From Scenedesmus sp. PABB004 (Eukaryota), in assembly GCA_014905635.1 (NCBI GenBank), contig JABVCE010000031.1, positions 186,001 to 250,000 of the forward strand: a stretch of DNA of 64,000 nt, read 5' to 3'. A program made the translations under genes and the position numbers. The notes under the pieces are model-generated. The model was given only the letters and a program-made list of their open reading frames with translations. It searched no databases and had not been told where the DNA came from. Positions within the stretch are counted from its first letter, which is position 1. The number at the start of each line of letters is the position of its first letter. Positions 45,780 to 57,861 of this stretch are shown here, piece after piece.

Positions 45780-47688
45780 ATGTGCGGGCGCACGCGCGTG
45801 GCGATGTCGCGCGAGGAGGTGGTGGCCGCGGCGGGCGTCCCGCCGGAGCGCTGGACCGACGCACAGCTGTGCGGCGCGGCGCGCAGCAGCGCTGGACCGA
45901 CGCGCAGCTGTGTGGCGCGGCGCGCCGCAGCGACAGCGCGCGGGCGCCCCGGCCTCACGCGCGCGCGCAGCCCCCCGCGGGCGCGGCGCCCACGCAGCCC
46001 ACCGCTGCCGCGCCCAGGTACCGCCCCAGCCACAACGTGCAGCCCGGCGCGGCCACGCCGGTGCTGCGGCTCGACGGCGCGGGGCGGCGCGCGCTGCAGA
46101 GCATGCGCTGGGGGCTCGTGCCCTCCTTCACCCGGGCCGGCGAGGCGCCAGACCACTTCAAGATGGTGGGCTTAGGTTGGGTTGACCCCTGCGGCCCCTG
46201 CCTCGGCGGCCGCGCCGCGCAGCTCCGGCGGCAGCACGGCCCCACCCCGCCAGCACCAGCGCGGCCCCGCCCCGCCAGCGCCAGCGCGCTGCGCGCCGCG
46301 CCGCGCGCCCCAGTCCACGGCGCGCCCGCCGCCGCCGCGGCGCGCGCCGCGCCGCGCCGCCACAGTTCAACGCGCGCAGCGAGACGCTCGCTGAGAAGCC
46401 CATCTTCAGCCGCCTGCTGGCGCGCCGGCGCTGCGTCGTGCTCGTGGACGGTTTCTACGAGTGGAAGGCCGCCGGTGCGCCCCGCGGCGCGGCCCCCGCG
46501 CCGCCGCGCGCCGCGCAGGCCCGCCACACGTGCGTGTTCAGCGCTCACGCCCTCCCCGCGCGCGTGTGCGCGCCGCGCCGCCGCCCGCCCGGCGCCGCAG
46601 GCAAGGGCAAGCAGCCCTACTATGTGCACCTCTCCCGCGAGGAGGGCGCGCTACCGCGGCCGCTGCGCATGGCGGGCCTCTGGGACTCGTGGGCGGGTGC
46701 GCGCGCGGCCGGCGCGCGCCGCCGCGCGGGCCACTGACTCGGGCCGCCGAGCCGGCGCCGCCGAGCCCGCGCCGCCGAGCCCGCGCCGAGCGCGCGCCGC
46801 CGCTGCCGCCGCCGCCGGCGCCAGGCCCCGACGGCCCGCTGAACACCTACACGATCCTCACAACCGAGTCCAGCGACAAGCTCGCGTGGCTGCACAACCG
46901 CATGCCCGGCGAGTGCCTCTGCGCCCGCCGGCGACGGGGCCTGCCGCCCGCGCCCACTGCCGACGCCGCTGCGCCCGCGCCCGCCCGCCGCCGCGCCCGC
47001 GGCGCCCGCTGCCCCTTCCCTCCCCTTCTCCTCCCAGTGCTGCTGATGGACGACGACGCGGTGGCGGCCTGGCTCGGCGAGGAGTCTGCGGAGCAGCGGC
47101 AGCCCGCGCCCGCAGCCGAGGGCGAGGCGCACCCAGCGGCGGAGCAGTCGGCGGCAGCAGTCAAGGCGGAGGCGCAGCCGGCGGCGCCGGAGCAGCCCGC
47201 GGCGGCAGAGGTCAAGGCAGAGGCGCAGCCGGCGGCGCCGGAGCCTGCGGCGGCGCAGCAGTCGGCGGCGCTCGAGGAGGCGGGCGAGGACGAGGCGCCT
47301 GCAGCGGGCGGCGGCGAGCGCGACGCCACCGAGGCCGCCGCGGCGGGCGCGAGCGCCTCGCCGCGCAAGGCGCTCGCAGCGGTCAGCCTGATGAAGGCGC
47401 GCGCGCGCCTGCCGCCCCCCGGCGCGCCCCGCGTGCCTCTGCCGGGCCGCGCACCGAGCGCTGCGCTCGCGCTTGACCACTCCGACCGCCGCACGCGCGC
47501 GCGCGCCGCAGATCTGCCGGCCCTGCAGCGACCCCGCGCTCGCGTGGCACCCGGTGACGACGGAGATGTCCAAGCCCAGCTACGACCGCCCCGACGCCGC
47601 GGCCGACGTGCGCAAGCGCAAGGGCGCCATCTCCAGCTTCTTCAAGCCCGCCGCCTCGCCGGCGGCCAAGAAGCCGCGCGGCGCGTGA
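45780..47688 (+). CDS. HMCES: SRAP-domain abasic-site processing protein (HMCES/YedK-like)
   Basis: N-terminal MCGR (catalytic Cys2), HNVQPG, MRWGLVPSF, FNARSET, RCVVLVDGFYEW, AGLWDSW, YTILT, WLHNRMP|VLL; C-terminal PIP-like KGAISSFF. Confidence 0.93.
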
Positions 47689-48101
47689 GGGGTGTGTGGG
47701 GAGCGTGGGGGGGGGGGCGTGAGAAGCAGGCAAGTTGTGGTGTAGCTTGTAGCGCCCGCGCTGCGACACGCGCGGCCGCGCTCGGCGGCGCGCCCCGAGG
47801 GTTTTTGGTGTGACGCCGCCGCCGCTGCCCCTGCCGCCGCGCGCATTCGGCTCCAGCACGGTCGCCCGTTTCCGTGGAGGTCGGCTGGGTCGCGCTCGCC
47901 TCCTCCGGCTGCACGCTCGCACTCTGTGACCCCACCTGCTCCTCGGCGCAGGGGGGCTCCACACAGGCAGGGGACACTGGCGATCGTCCAAGGCCCGCCA
48001 TGACGGGGCGGTGGGGCGCCCGCTAGGCCTCGCCAGCCGGCAGCGAGAGCGGGGCCGCTGGATTCAGCAGCAGCTCGCGCCCTCACCGCTGCGCCTGTGC
48101 G

Positions 48102-50023
48102 ATGGCGGAGCGCGCGGAGGCGCTCCGGGTGCTGGGTCTGGCGCCCGGGGCCAGCGATGAGGAGATCCGCGCGGCCTACAGGGCGATGTCCCTCAAATGG
48201 TGCGCGAGCAGCGAGCAGCGCGCGCCGCGCCGCCGCGCCGCGCCGCCGCCAGGCCCGCTGGATCCCAGGCTCAGCCCCGGTCCCCCAGCGGCGACGGCCG
48301 CCCCGTCGGCGCGCGCGCCGCGCGCAGGCACCCGGACAAGCACAGCGCCGACGTGGCGGGCGAGGCGACGGCGATGATGCAGCGGCTCAACGCCGCGCGC
48401 GACCACCTGCACCGCGGCGGCGACGGCGAGAGCGACAGCGGCGACGACGACGAATACTCGTACAGCGACGAGGATGAGGAGTACAGGTGTTTGTCGGCGC
48501 GGCCGGCGGTTGCAGCGGTTGCGCGCGCGGCCCTCCGCGGCGCCGACGCGCGCCGCCCTCGCCCCCGCGCGCCGCCCTCGCTCTTGCGCGCCGCGCCGCG
48601 CGCGCAGCGACGAGTACGAGGGCGAGTACGACGACGACGGCGAGTGGGACCCCTTTGCGGGCGGCTCCATGGACTTCACAGGCTTCCTGCACCTGTGCGC
48701 GCGCGGCGGGGGGCTGCGCGCGCGAGGCAGCGCGCCGCGCAGCGCGCGTGCGCCCGCGCCGGCGCGCCCGCCGACCGCCGGCCGCCGCCGCCGCGCGGCG
48801 CCCCGGCGGCGCAGGTACGGTCACATGCGCGCGCAGGGCTTTGCGGGGCCCGGCGACGATGGCGACGGTCCATACATCTTCACCGGGCAGCTGCCCACCG
48901 GCGGCGGGTGCGTGCACGCGGCGCGGCGCGCGCGGCAGCAGCGGCGGCAGCGAGGCTCGGGCGCCGCGCGGGCGCGCGCGCGGGCCTCACCGCGCCGCGC
49001 CGCGCCACGCGCGGCCGCCGCCGGAGCGCAGGCCGGGCGGCTCGTGCCCCTGCCCGGAGTGCTGCCGCCAGCGGCGCGCGTACAAGGAGGTGCAGCGGCA
49101 GGCTCGGCGCGCCGAGGCGCGCGCGGAGCGCGTGGAGCAGTGAGTGCCCGCCGCGCCCGCGCCCGTGCGCCGGCCCGGGCGGCCGCAGCGGGTCGGCCGC
49201 CCGCCGCCGGCCGCTCACGCTGCGGCCGCGCTGCCCGCCGCGCGCGCTGCGCCGTGCAGGGAGGAGGCAGCCGCCGCGGAGCGCGCCCAGGACGAGGCGG
49301 ACCGCCAGGTGCAGCGCACCGACCCCAAGGCCAGCCTCGCGTGGCGCCGCGGCGGCGAGAGCAGGGTGCGCGCCGCGCGGGCCCCGGCTGCACGCTGCGC
49401 CCGCGGCTGCGCCGCCCGCAGCGGTGCCCGCCGCGCCCAGCACCCCCGCCCGCGCCGCCGCGGCCGCCGCGCAGGAGCGGCTCGTGCGCGACCACTTCCT
49501 CCGCCAGCCGCCGCGCCTGCTGCTGCGCGCGGCGGCCGACGGCGCGCTCACGGTGCTGCTGGACGTCCCCGACCGCAGCCTGCTGGAGGGCGGCAAGCTG
49601 CCGCCCAAGGGCGTGGAGTGGGAGGTCGGCTACTGCGCGGCGGGCGGCCGCAAGTGGGCGTCGCTGCTCGCGAGCCGCGAGTTTGACAACGCCTACATAC
49701 CAAAGCTCCTCCCGGGTGCGTCCGCGCGCCCATGCCCGCGCCGGCGGTGGTGGGCCGCGGCGGCGGCGGCGGTGGGCCGCGGTGGCGGCGGCGGTGGGCC
49801 GCGGGGCGCGCCGCCCCGCGCGGGCGCCGCGCGGCGCCGCGCGCGCGCGCGAGCGCCGCCCCCGCCGCGGCGCGCTGCCGCTGCCGCCGCAGGCACCAGC
49901 TACTCGGTGCGTGTCCGCACCGGCCCCGCGGGCGCGCACACGTGGAGCGGCAGCCCCGACTGGGGCGCCTGGAGCGAGCCGGTGACCCTCAGCACGACTG
50001 GCGAGCCGCCGAGCGGCGGCAGC

Positions 50024-50054
<31 letters not shown>

Positions 50055-51993
50055 GCGCGAGGGCGGCAAGCGGAGGAAGAACCGCGACGCCGCGTTTGCC
50101 AAGCTCACGCGGCAGGAGGCGGCGGCGGACAGCAGCGAGGACGACGCCGACGGCAGCGGCGGCGGCGACGGCGACACGGAGCAGCGGGCGGGCGCCGCGG
50201 ACGCGGTTGAGGAGGCCGCGGCGGTTGAGGCGGGGCCGGGCGCGGAGGCCGGCGGCGCGGCGGCGGCCGACGCGCAGCAGCAGGACGACCAGGACGCGGG
50301 CGCGGACGCGGCGCGCGGCGAGCCCGCCGCGCGCGCCAACGGCGGCGGCAGCGGTGGCGGCGGCAGCGGCGGCAGCGGCGGCGAGGCGGAGCCGGGGCCC
50401 GCCGCCGCGCCGCTGGAGCCGGCAGAGTCGGAGCCCGCGCCGGAGCCCGCGCCGGAGGCCGCGCCGGCGCCGCGCGCGGCCGCTGCGGCGCCGCGCGGCG
50501 GCGTGACGCACGTGCCCAAGTACCCGCAGCGCTGCGCCTACTTCCCCCTGGGGCGGTGCAAGCACGGCGCGCGGTGCAACTTCCAGCACGTCCTGCCCGG
50601 CCAGGAGCCGGCCGGCGGCGGCGGCGCCGCCGCGCCCGGCGGCGGCGCGACCGCTGCGGGCGGCAAGGCGGAGGTCGCGATGCTCGACCAGCTGCTGGGC
50701 AGCTTTGGCGGCCCGCCGTCGCTCGCGCGCGCGCGCGAGGTCGTGGCGCTGTCGGCGGCCATCGCGGCGCGGCCGGCGCCGGCGCGCTACCAGCCGTCGC
50801 CGGTCGGCCCCGACGGCGCCTACCTGCGCCCGCTGTTCCTCTCGGCATACAACCTGCCAGAGGCCTCCTACGCCGCGTGGTATCGGGACCTCCAGGCCGG
50901 CGGCGCGGGCCGGCGCGTGCGGAGCGCGGCCGAGGTGCGTGACGTGCAGGCCCGCCTCGCCGCGGCGGTCGCCGACGGCCCGCCGCCGCCGCGGCCGGCG
51001 CCGGTGCCGGCGCCGGCGCCGGCCGCGCCCTTCAACGGCCTGCCCGTGCCGCCGGGCGTCGCCGAGGCGGCGGCCGCCGAAAAGGCCAAGAAGGCGGCGG
51101 CCGCCGCCGCCGCGGCGGCCGCCGCCGCCGGCGGCCCCGCCGCGCCGCCGCCGCCGGCGCCGCCCGGCGGCGGCGAGCCCGCGGTGCACGTGCCCAAGTA
51201 CCGCTTCACGCCCTGCAAGTACTTCCCCGCGGGCCGCTGCAAGTACGGCAACCGCTGCCTCTTCGCGCACCCGGCGCCGGGCCACGCGGCGGCGCCAGCG
51301 CCGGCGCAGGCGCCGAGCGGAGCCGGCGCCTATGGCGGCGGCCCGGCCGCCAACGGGCCCGGCTACGGTGGCGGCGGCGGCTTCAGCGCCGGCTTTCCGC
51401 CGGCGCCCCAGCAGCAGGCGTCGCCGCCGCGGCCGGCCGTGGCGTTCCACCAGCAGAATCCACCGCCGCCGCCGCCGTACGTCCACCAGGCGCCGGCGCC
51501 GGTCGCGAGCTACCCGGCGCCGGCGCACGCAGGCCACCACCAGGCGCCGGCGCCGGCGCCGCAGCCGCAGCAGCAGTACGGCTACGGCCAGCCCCCGCAG
51601 GCGCAGGCGCAGGCGCAGGCGGGCTACGGCTACGCCGCGCCGCCGCAGGCGCAGCCGGCGCGGGTGGCGTACTTGCAGGCGCCGCTGCAGCCGGCACACC
51701 AGGGCCCGCCGCCGCCCCAGCAGCACGCGCACGCGCAGCACGCGCAACGCCAGCAGGCGCCGCCGCCGAGCTACGGCTACGCGCCCGCGGCCGTGGCGCA
51801 GGCGCCGCTGGCGCCGCAGCAGGCGCCGCCCGGTGTCGTCTACGCGCGCCCCGCGCCGCCGCCGCCGGCGCCGGCGTCGTACAACCCGCTGCAGCCGCAG
51901 CGGCCGGCGGCGGCACCGCAGCAGCAGCAGCCGCCGCCGTACGTTTACCAGCCGGCGCCGCCAGCGGCGGCGTACCGGCCGTACGGCCAGTGA
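48102..51993 (+). CDS. DnaJ-domain protein with an FN3-like domain, two CCCH zinc fingers and a P/Q/Y-rich tail
   Basis: ALRVLGL..IRAAYRAMSLKW|HPDK..LNAARDHL; FN3-like WEVGY..LLP|GTSYSVRVR..WGAWSEP; CAYFPLGRCKHGARCNFQH and CKYFPAGRCKYGNRCLFAH. Frame change near 50055. Confidence 0.75.
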
Positions 51994-52022
51994 GCGGCGG
52001 GCCGCCGCGGGCAGAGAGGGGC

Positions 52023-52082
52023 AGAGAGGGGCAGGGGGCAAGGGGGGGGGGGGGGGGGGGGGGGGGGAGGGGGGAGGGGGGG
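52023..52082. repeat. G-rich/poly-G tract in the 3' UTR region
   Basis: Run of more than 20 G plus GGGGA/GGGGC units. Confidence 0.8.
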
Positions 52083-52977
52083 CAGAGGCGCAGCACAGGC
52101 AGCGCCGAGCGGGGGGAGGGGGTCGGGCGCCAGCCGGCGAGAGGGCGCTGGCTGCCTTGCGGCGCTCGCGCCGGGCGGCGCCCAGCGCGGGGCTGTGGTT
52201 GCGTGTGCGCGCGCGGGCGCAAGACTTGCGCAGCAGCCTCAGGACGGGGCCAGTCGCTGCACTGCAAATCCCAGGGGGTGCGGGCGAGTGGTTTGGTGGG
52301 CGGCTTTCGTGATCAGCTGCGAGGCAACCGTGAGCGCGGAGCCGCGAGCCAGCGCGCGCGCCGCGGCTGGGCCGCCGCGCCCGCCGCCCGCTGCGCTTGC
52401 CGCCGCGGGGCCCCAGTTGTGATGATGGAGCTATGAACATCTCTGGGGCGGGCGCGCGCGCGGTACTGGTGCGCGCGGAGCAGCCGGCGGCCCGGCGTTG
52501 GGTGCGGTTCGAACCAGCGCCGCCCCCCTGCACTCACTGCTCCCGCCACATCGCGCGCGCCGGCTCGTCGGCGTTCTAAACTCAGCGCCTAGCGACCGAT
52601 CTGCACCCGCGCGCACGCCCTCCTCGCGCGCACCGAGAGCCGTGACGACCGAGGTCACCCGCCCGCGAGTGCCAAGCGCTGCCCTGCCAGGTGCGCTTGA
52701 CCGCCGCGCCGTCTGCGCACAGTCGTGAGAAGCGAACGCGCCTGGCGGTGCGCCCGCGAGCCGGAGCAGCGAGGAGCGGAGACCAACCCCGCCACTCCCA
52801 CCTCAGCCGCGCCCGTCCGCGCTCTCCTGGGCCGGGAGATGCTCGCAACGCGTCTCAAACGTCATAGTTTAGTGACTGCGCCAGCGCCAGGGCCGGCACG
52901 GCCCCGCAAGTTTATACGCGGCGTTGGGCTGCACGCCGCCCGCGCGCCGCCGCCGCGCGCAGGCGTCGACCAGCGCG

Positions 52978-55900
52978 ATGCGCCGCCCCGTGGCCGCCGT
53001 CCTGGCCGCCGCGTTGTGCCTGGCCGCCCTGGCGCGCGCGCAGCCCGAGGCGGAGCTGGTGGAGCTGGAGCCCGCGGCCGCGGCCGCGGCTGGTGACCCC
53101 GCCGCCGAGCCCGCGGGGGGCGCGCGCCAGTTCCTGCAGTTTGCACTCACCATCAAGGGCACCTGCGCGGTGTTTGACGGCTTCAACGCCGTCTTCGCCG
53201 AGGCCGCGCGGTGCGGGCCACGGGGGGCGCCCGTGCTGCCGCGCGGCGCCGCGCACGCGCCTCGCGCCGCGCCTCACCCGTGGCGCGCCCCCGCCCCGCC
53301 GCGCGCAGGGCTGATGTCGCTGACGTCATGGGCCTCCCGCTGCGGCAGGTCGTGGTGCGCCGGCCCAGCCGCAACGTGCCGTACAACCCCTGCGTCGTGG
53401 TCAAGTCGGAGCGCGAGGTGCGCGCACGCCCCGCCCGCCTCCGGTGCCTGCCCTCCCTTTTCCTCCTCCCGCGCCCGCCGCTGGCTCAGCCCGCCGCTCA
53501 CCGCCGCGCCCCCGGCGGCACCCCCTCTCCCTCCCCCCGCGCCCCCCAACCACCCCCAGGGCGACGGCGCCTCGTACGCAGGCTTCCGCGTGTGGCTGAC
53601 CTGGCCCGCGCCGCCCGGCGGCTCGACGGCGCGCCGGGACCGGCTGTTCCGCGCGGCCGCGCGCCGCGGCTGCGCCGGCGGCTTCAACGACGACGTCTTT
53701 GCCGGCGTGGGCGCGGCGCTGCGCGGCATCCGCAAGCGCGCGGCTGCCAACAGTGAGCGCGCGCCGCGCCGCGGCCCCAGGCTGCGCGCGCGCCACCCGC
53801 GGCGCCGCCCCCCGCCCGCCCGCCCACCCGTCGACCACCCGACCGCCTCTGCGCGTGACGCAGACGCGTCCCGCTCCGGCGGCTTCCTCCAGCGCCCGGC
53901 CTACGCGCGGCCGGCTGACTGCCCGATGCGCGACCGGAGCCCCTCGCCGTCGCCTGTGCCGGAGCCTGTGCCCAGCCCCAGCCCCTCGCCGTCGCCCTCG
54001 CCGTCGCCGTCGCCCTCGCCGTCGCCGTCGCCCTCGCCCAGCCCGTCCCCGTCGCCGAGCCCCAGCCCGCCGCTGCAGGTGGGGCGCGGGCGGCGGCGCG
54101 CTGCGCGCGCGCACGCGCGCCTCGCCTGCCGCGCGGCGCCGCCCAGCCCCCGCCGCCCGGGCCCCCCGCCGCCGGCGCGGCCGCAGGCGAGCTGCGCCGA
54201 GCGGGTGCCCAACAGTGCGGCCGACCCCGGGACGGCACCTGCAAGTGCACGCTGCCCGGCTTTGGCGTCCAGGGCCTCAGCGGCGCGGCGCTGTCGGCCT
54301 GCCTCGAGGACGCGGCCGTCGCGGCGGGCGGCTGCCCGCCGGCCTTCCCAGTCCCGGCCAAGGACAACTCGCTGCCGGCGTCACGCGTCGTCGCCTGCCT
54401 CGCGCTCGGCAGCCCCTGCCCCGCCGGCTTCAGCCTGCCCCTGTTTTCGGGTGCGTGCGTGTTCACATGGCGCCGCGCTGCCGGCACCACCGCCGTCGGC
54501 GGCGCGGCCTGACGCGCCCCCGCCGGCGCGCCCCCGCGCCAACTCTCCGCCGCCGACTCTCCGTTGCAGGCGCGCCCTCGGCGCTGCGCGAGTGCCGCGT
54601 GGACGTTGGCAGCTGCTCGTACGCCGGCTACGACCTCCCCATCACCAACGCCGCCGGCGGCCTGGCCGGCTGCGTGCGCAGCGCCGACGGCGCCTGCCCC
54701 TTCGTCGCCTTCCGCGCGGCGCCCGGCTGGGCGCTGTCCGCCTGCCGCGACGTGCCGGCGTGCCCCGGCGCCGGCGGCAACTCGGTGCCCGCGACGACCG
54801 CGGGCGGCCGCCTCGCGGCGTGCCTCACCCTCGGCGCCGACGGCGCGTGCCCCGACCTCGCGCCGGGGCTGGCGTTCCCAGTCGAGGTGGCGTCGGCGTC
54901 GCCGCTCGGCTGTGGCGGCGCGCTGCCCTGCGACTTCTCAAACGCCACCGCCACGCCGAGCCGCACCGCCGCGTGCCTCGAGGCCGGCGCGCCCTGCCCG
55001 CCCGCCCAGTCGCTGCAGGTGCGCGGCCGCCCGCGCGGCGCGTGACAGAGGGTTCAGCCTAAACCCAGGGGGTTTAGAACCCATGACGCGCCCCCCGCGC
55101 GCCGCCTGCCCGAGAGCGCACCCACAACCGCCGCCGCCGCCGCCGCCACCGCCGTCAGGTTTACCGGGTCCCCAGCGCGGGCGCCGCGCCGACGCTCGCG
55201 GCGTGCCGCCCCGGGCGCGCGGCGTGCGACCTCACCGCGGCGGGCATGGGCGCGGGGGACCCGAACGCCGGCACGTTCGGCATAACCATCGGGGCCGGGG
55301 ACATCACCCTCGGTTGCGTCGCCACCGGCGCGAGCCGCTGCCCCGCCGGCTTCTCGCCGTCCGTGATCGCCGCCGGCGTGCTGCTCGAGTGCCGCCCCAA
55401 CTCGACGTCGCCCGTCGTGAGCTGCACCGGCCTCACGCCCGTACCCGCGCGCGACGCCGGCGGCGCCACGCTCGACTGCCTCGCCTATGAGGGCCCCTGC
55501 CCGCCGGCCTTCCCCGTGACGCTGCGCAACAGGCGCGCTGCGCGCCGCGCACGAGCGCGCGGGGCTGGCGCCGCCCCCCAGCACGCTGTGCGCGCGCGCT
55601 GACGCACGGGGCTCGCGCTCGCGCGCCCGCCGCCGCGCGCAGCCTGAGCGGCAAGGTCGAGTGCTGGGCGGCCGGGCTGTCGTCCTGCCCAGGAGACTTC
55701 ACCGTGCCCTTCTACGCCGAGCTCACGCCAGGAAACACGACCCTCACCAACTGCTTCCGCCCCGCCGACGTCGCGGCCGACGCGTGCAGCGCCGTGATCG
55801 GCGTCGGGCCGCCAGGCACGACCGGGTCGTACGCGCGTGCCATCCGGGGGCCCGGCGGCGTCGGCCGCCTCGGGTGCATGCTGTCAGGCACGACCACCTG

Positions 55901-57861
55901 CCCGCCCGCCTTCCCCTTTGCCTACGTGACGATGCCGGGGAGCGTGCTCGAGGAGTGCCGCCCCGCCGGCGAGCCCGCGTGCGCGGCGGCGCCGCCATTC
56001 AACGTCCCCGCGCGGGTGCGCGGCGCGCGCGGGGGCGGGGCGCGGCGCGCGGTGCGGCGCGCGGCGCGCGCGTCCCCCCCGCCCTGCTCGCCGACGCCGC
56101 GGCGCCGCGCCCGCGCCCGCTCCGACAGGACAACGGCGCCCTGAGCGGCTGCGTGACCGCCACGACCGCGTGCCCCTCCAGCTTCCCGGTCGAGGTGGCG
56201 CCTGCGCTCGGCGCGCAGGTGCAGGAGTGCGCGAGCGCGCGCTCGCCCTGCGCCGCCACGGTCTGGCCGTTCTCGCTCATTGCCGGCAGCAGCCTGCAGG
56301 CGTGCGTGCAGCCGCTGCTGGGCACCGACACCTGCAGCGTCCCAGGCACGGCGCGCGGCGCTCACGCGCGCGCCGCCCGCGCGCCGAGGCTCGGGCCGCT
56401 CACGGCCGCGCCGGGCCGCTCCGTGCCGCAGGCTACGCCGGCCCCGAGATCTTCAGCCCCTCTGGCATGAGCCTGGAGGGCTGCATCGCGACCGGCCAAA
56501 CCGCCTGCCCGCCCAGCCACCCCGTCGCGTTTCTGGACGCCGGCGCGCTGCTGTCCTGCCGCGCGAGCGTCGCGGGGGCCTGCCCCGTGGCCGGCGCGCC
56601 GAGCGGCGCGTTCCCCGTGCCCGTGCTCGGCGTTGGCGGCGTCATCGCGGGCTGCATGACCGCTGGTAGCAACTGCCCCGTCGGCCCGACGACGCCGCTC
56701 GCCGAGAACGCGACGTCGCCCGTGCTGTCGTGCTGGCTGCCGCCGCTCGCCAACTCGTGCGACGGCGCGCCCGGCGGCTTCTCGTTCGGGCTGTACGACC
56801 GCGACGGCAGCGGCCAGGTGCGCGCGGCGCGTGAGACCCCCCTCGGCCGAGGGGCCGCCCCCACGACCCTGCGCGGCCGCTCACCCACCCCGCGCCGGCC
56901 GCCCGCGCGGTCTCGGCCAGGCGCGCCTGCTGCGGTGCGTGCTGCCCGTGCCCGGCGCGTCCAATTGCAGCCAGGCGGCGTATTCGAATTTCAACCGCGA
57001 GCTGAAGTCGGCGGACGGGCTGAGCCTGCAGGGCTGCTTCCGCGGCACCGCGTGCCCGCTCAGCTCCCTGCCCAAGGCGTGGACCTTCTCGCTTTTCGGC
57101 CGCAACAACGCCACCGACGCGACGGCCTCGCTCGTCGAGGTGCGCGCCGCGCGCGCGGCGCCCGGCGGCGGCGCAGCCCGGCGGGCCCCGACCGCCGCGC
57201 CGCGCAGAGCGCGCGCGCGCGCGCGCACGCGCCCAGCGCGCGCACCCAGCCGCCGCCGCCGCCGCCGCCGGCGGCGCCGCAGTGCCGCGAGGGCGTGTCG
57301 CTGACGGTGGGCCAGGGCTGCGCCGCGCTGGCCAACACGAGCGGCTACGACGTCGAGCTCTCCGCGGCGGGCGGCTTTGCCAACCCGCTGCTCGGCTGCA
57401 GCCGCACCAACGCGCGCTGCCCCGAGTCGGCGCCCAAGTTCATGCTCTCCGCCTCCGGCGGCCTCCTCAGCTGCCAGGGCAGCCTGCTGAGCGGCGACTG
57501 CCCGCTCACCGCGCCGCTGCCCATCTACAGTGGCTTCGCGGCGTCCGGCGGCGGCTACGCGCAGGAGCGCCCGCTCGGCTGCGTCGCGGCGGGCGCGACG
57601 CGCTGCCCGAGCAGCGCGCTGTGGGGGCCCTTCACCTTCCCGGTGGTGAGCGTCGCGCCCGGCCCCACCGCGCTCCTCGCGTGCCTGCGCCCCGGCGCCG
57701 CCGACGCGGGCGGCTGCGCGGTTCCAGACTTCCCGACGCCCGCGCGCGCAAACGCCACTGCCGGCGGCCCGATCGCGGCCTGCACCAACGGCGGCGAGGC
57801 CGAGTGCACGGCGTGGTGGGCGGGCTACAGCGGGGAGCCGTCCTGGTTCTGCAAGGCGTGA
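52978..57861 (+). CDS. Large secreted cell-wall-type protein: signal peptide, N domain, (SP)n shaft and many ~25-aa two-Cys repeats
   Basis: MRRPVAAVLAAALCLAALARA; SP repeat at about 53938-54068; about 12 exons with recurring CPxxFPV-x(4-9)-GxLxxC units; stop TGA at 57861. Confidence 0.8.

Noticed and set aside
49955..49980. WGAWS as a cytokine-receptor WSXWS motif
   Set aside because: A common FN3 G-strand feature; the protein has no signal peptide or TM segment.
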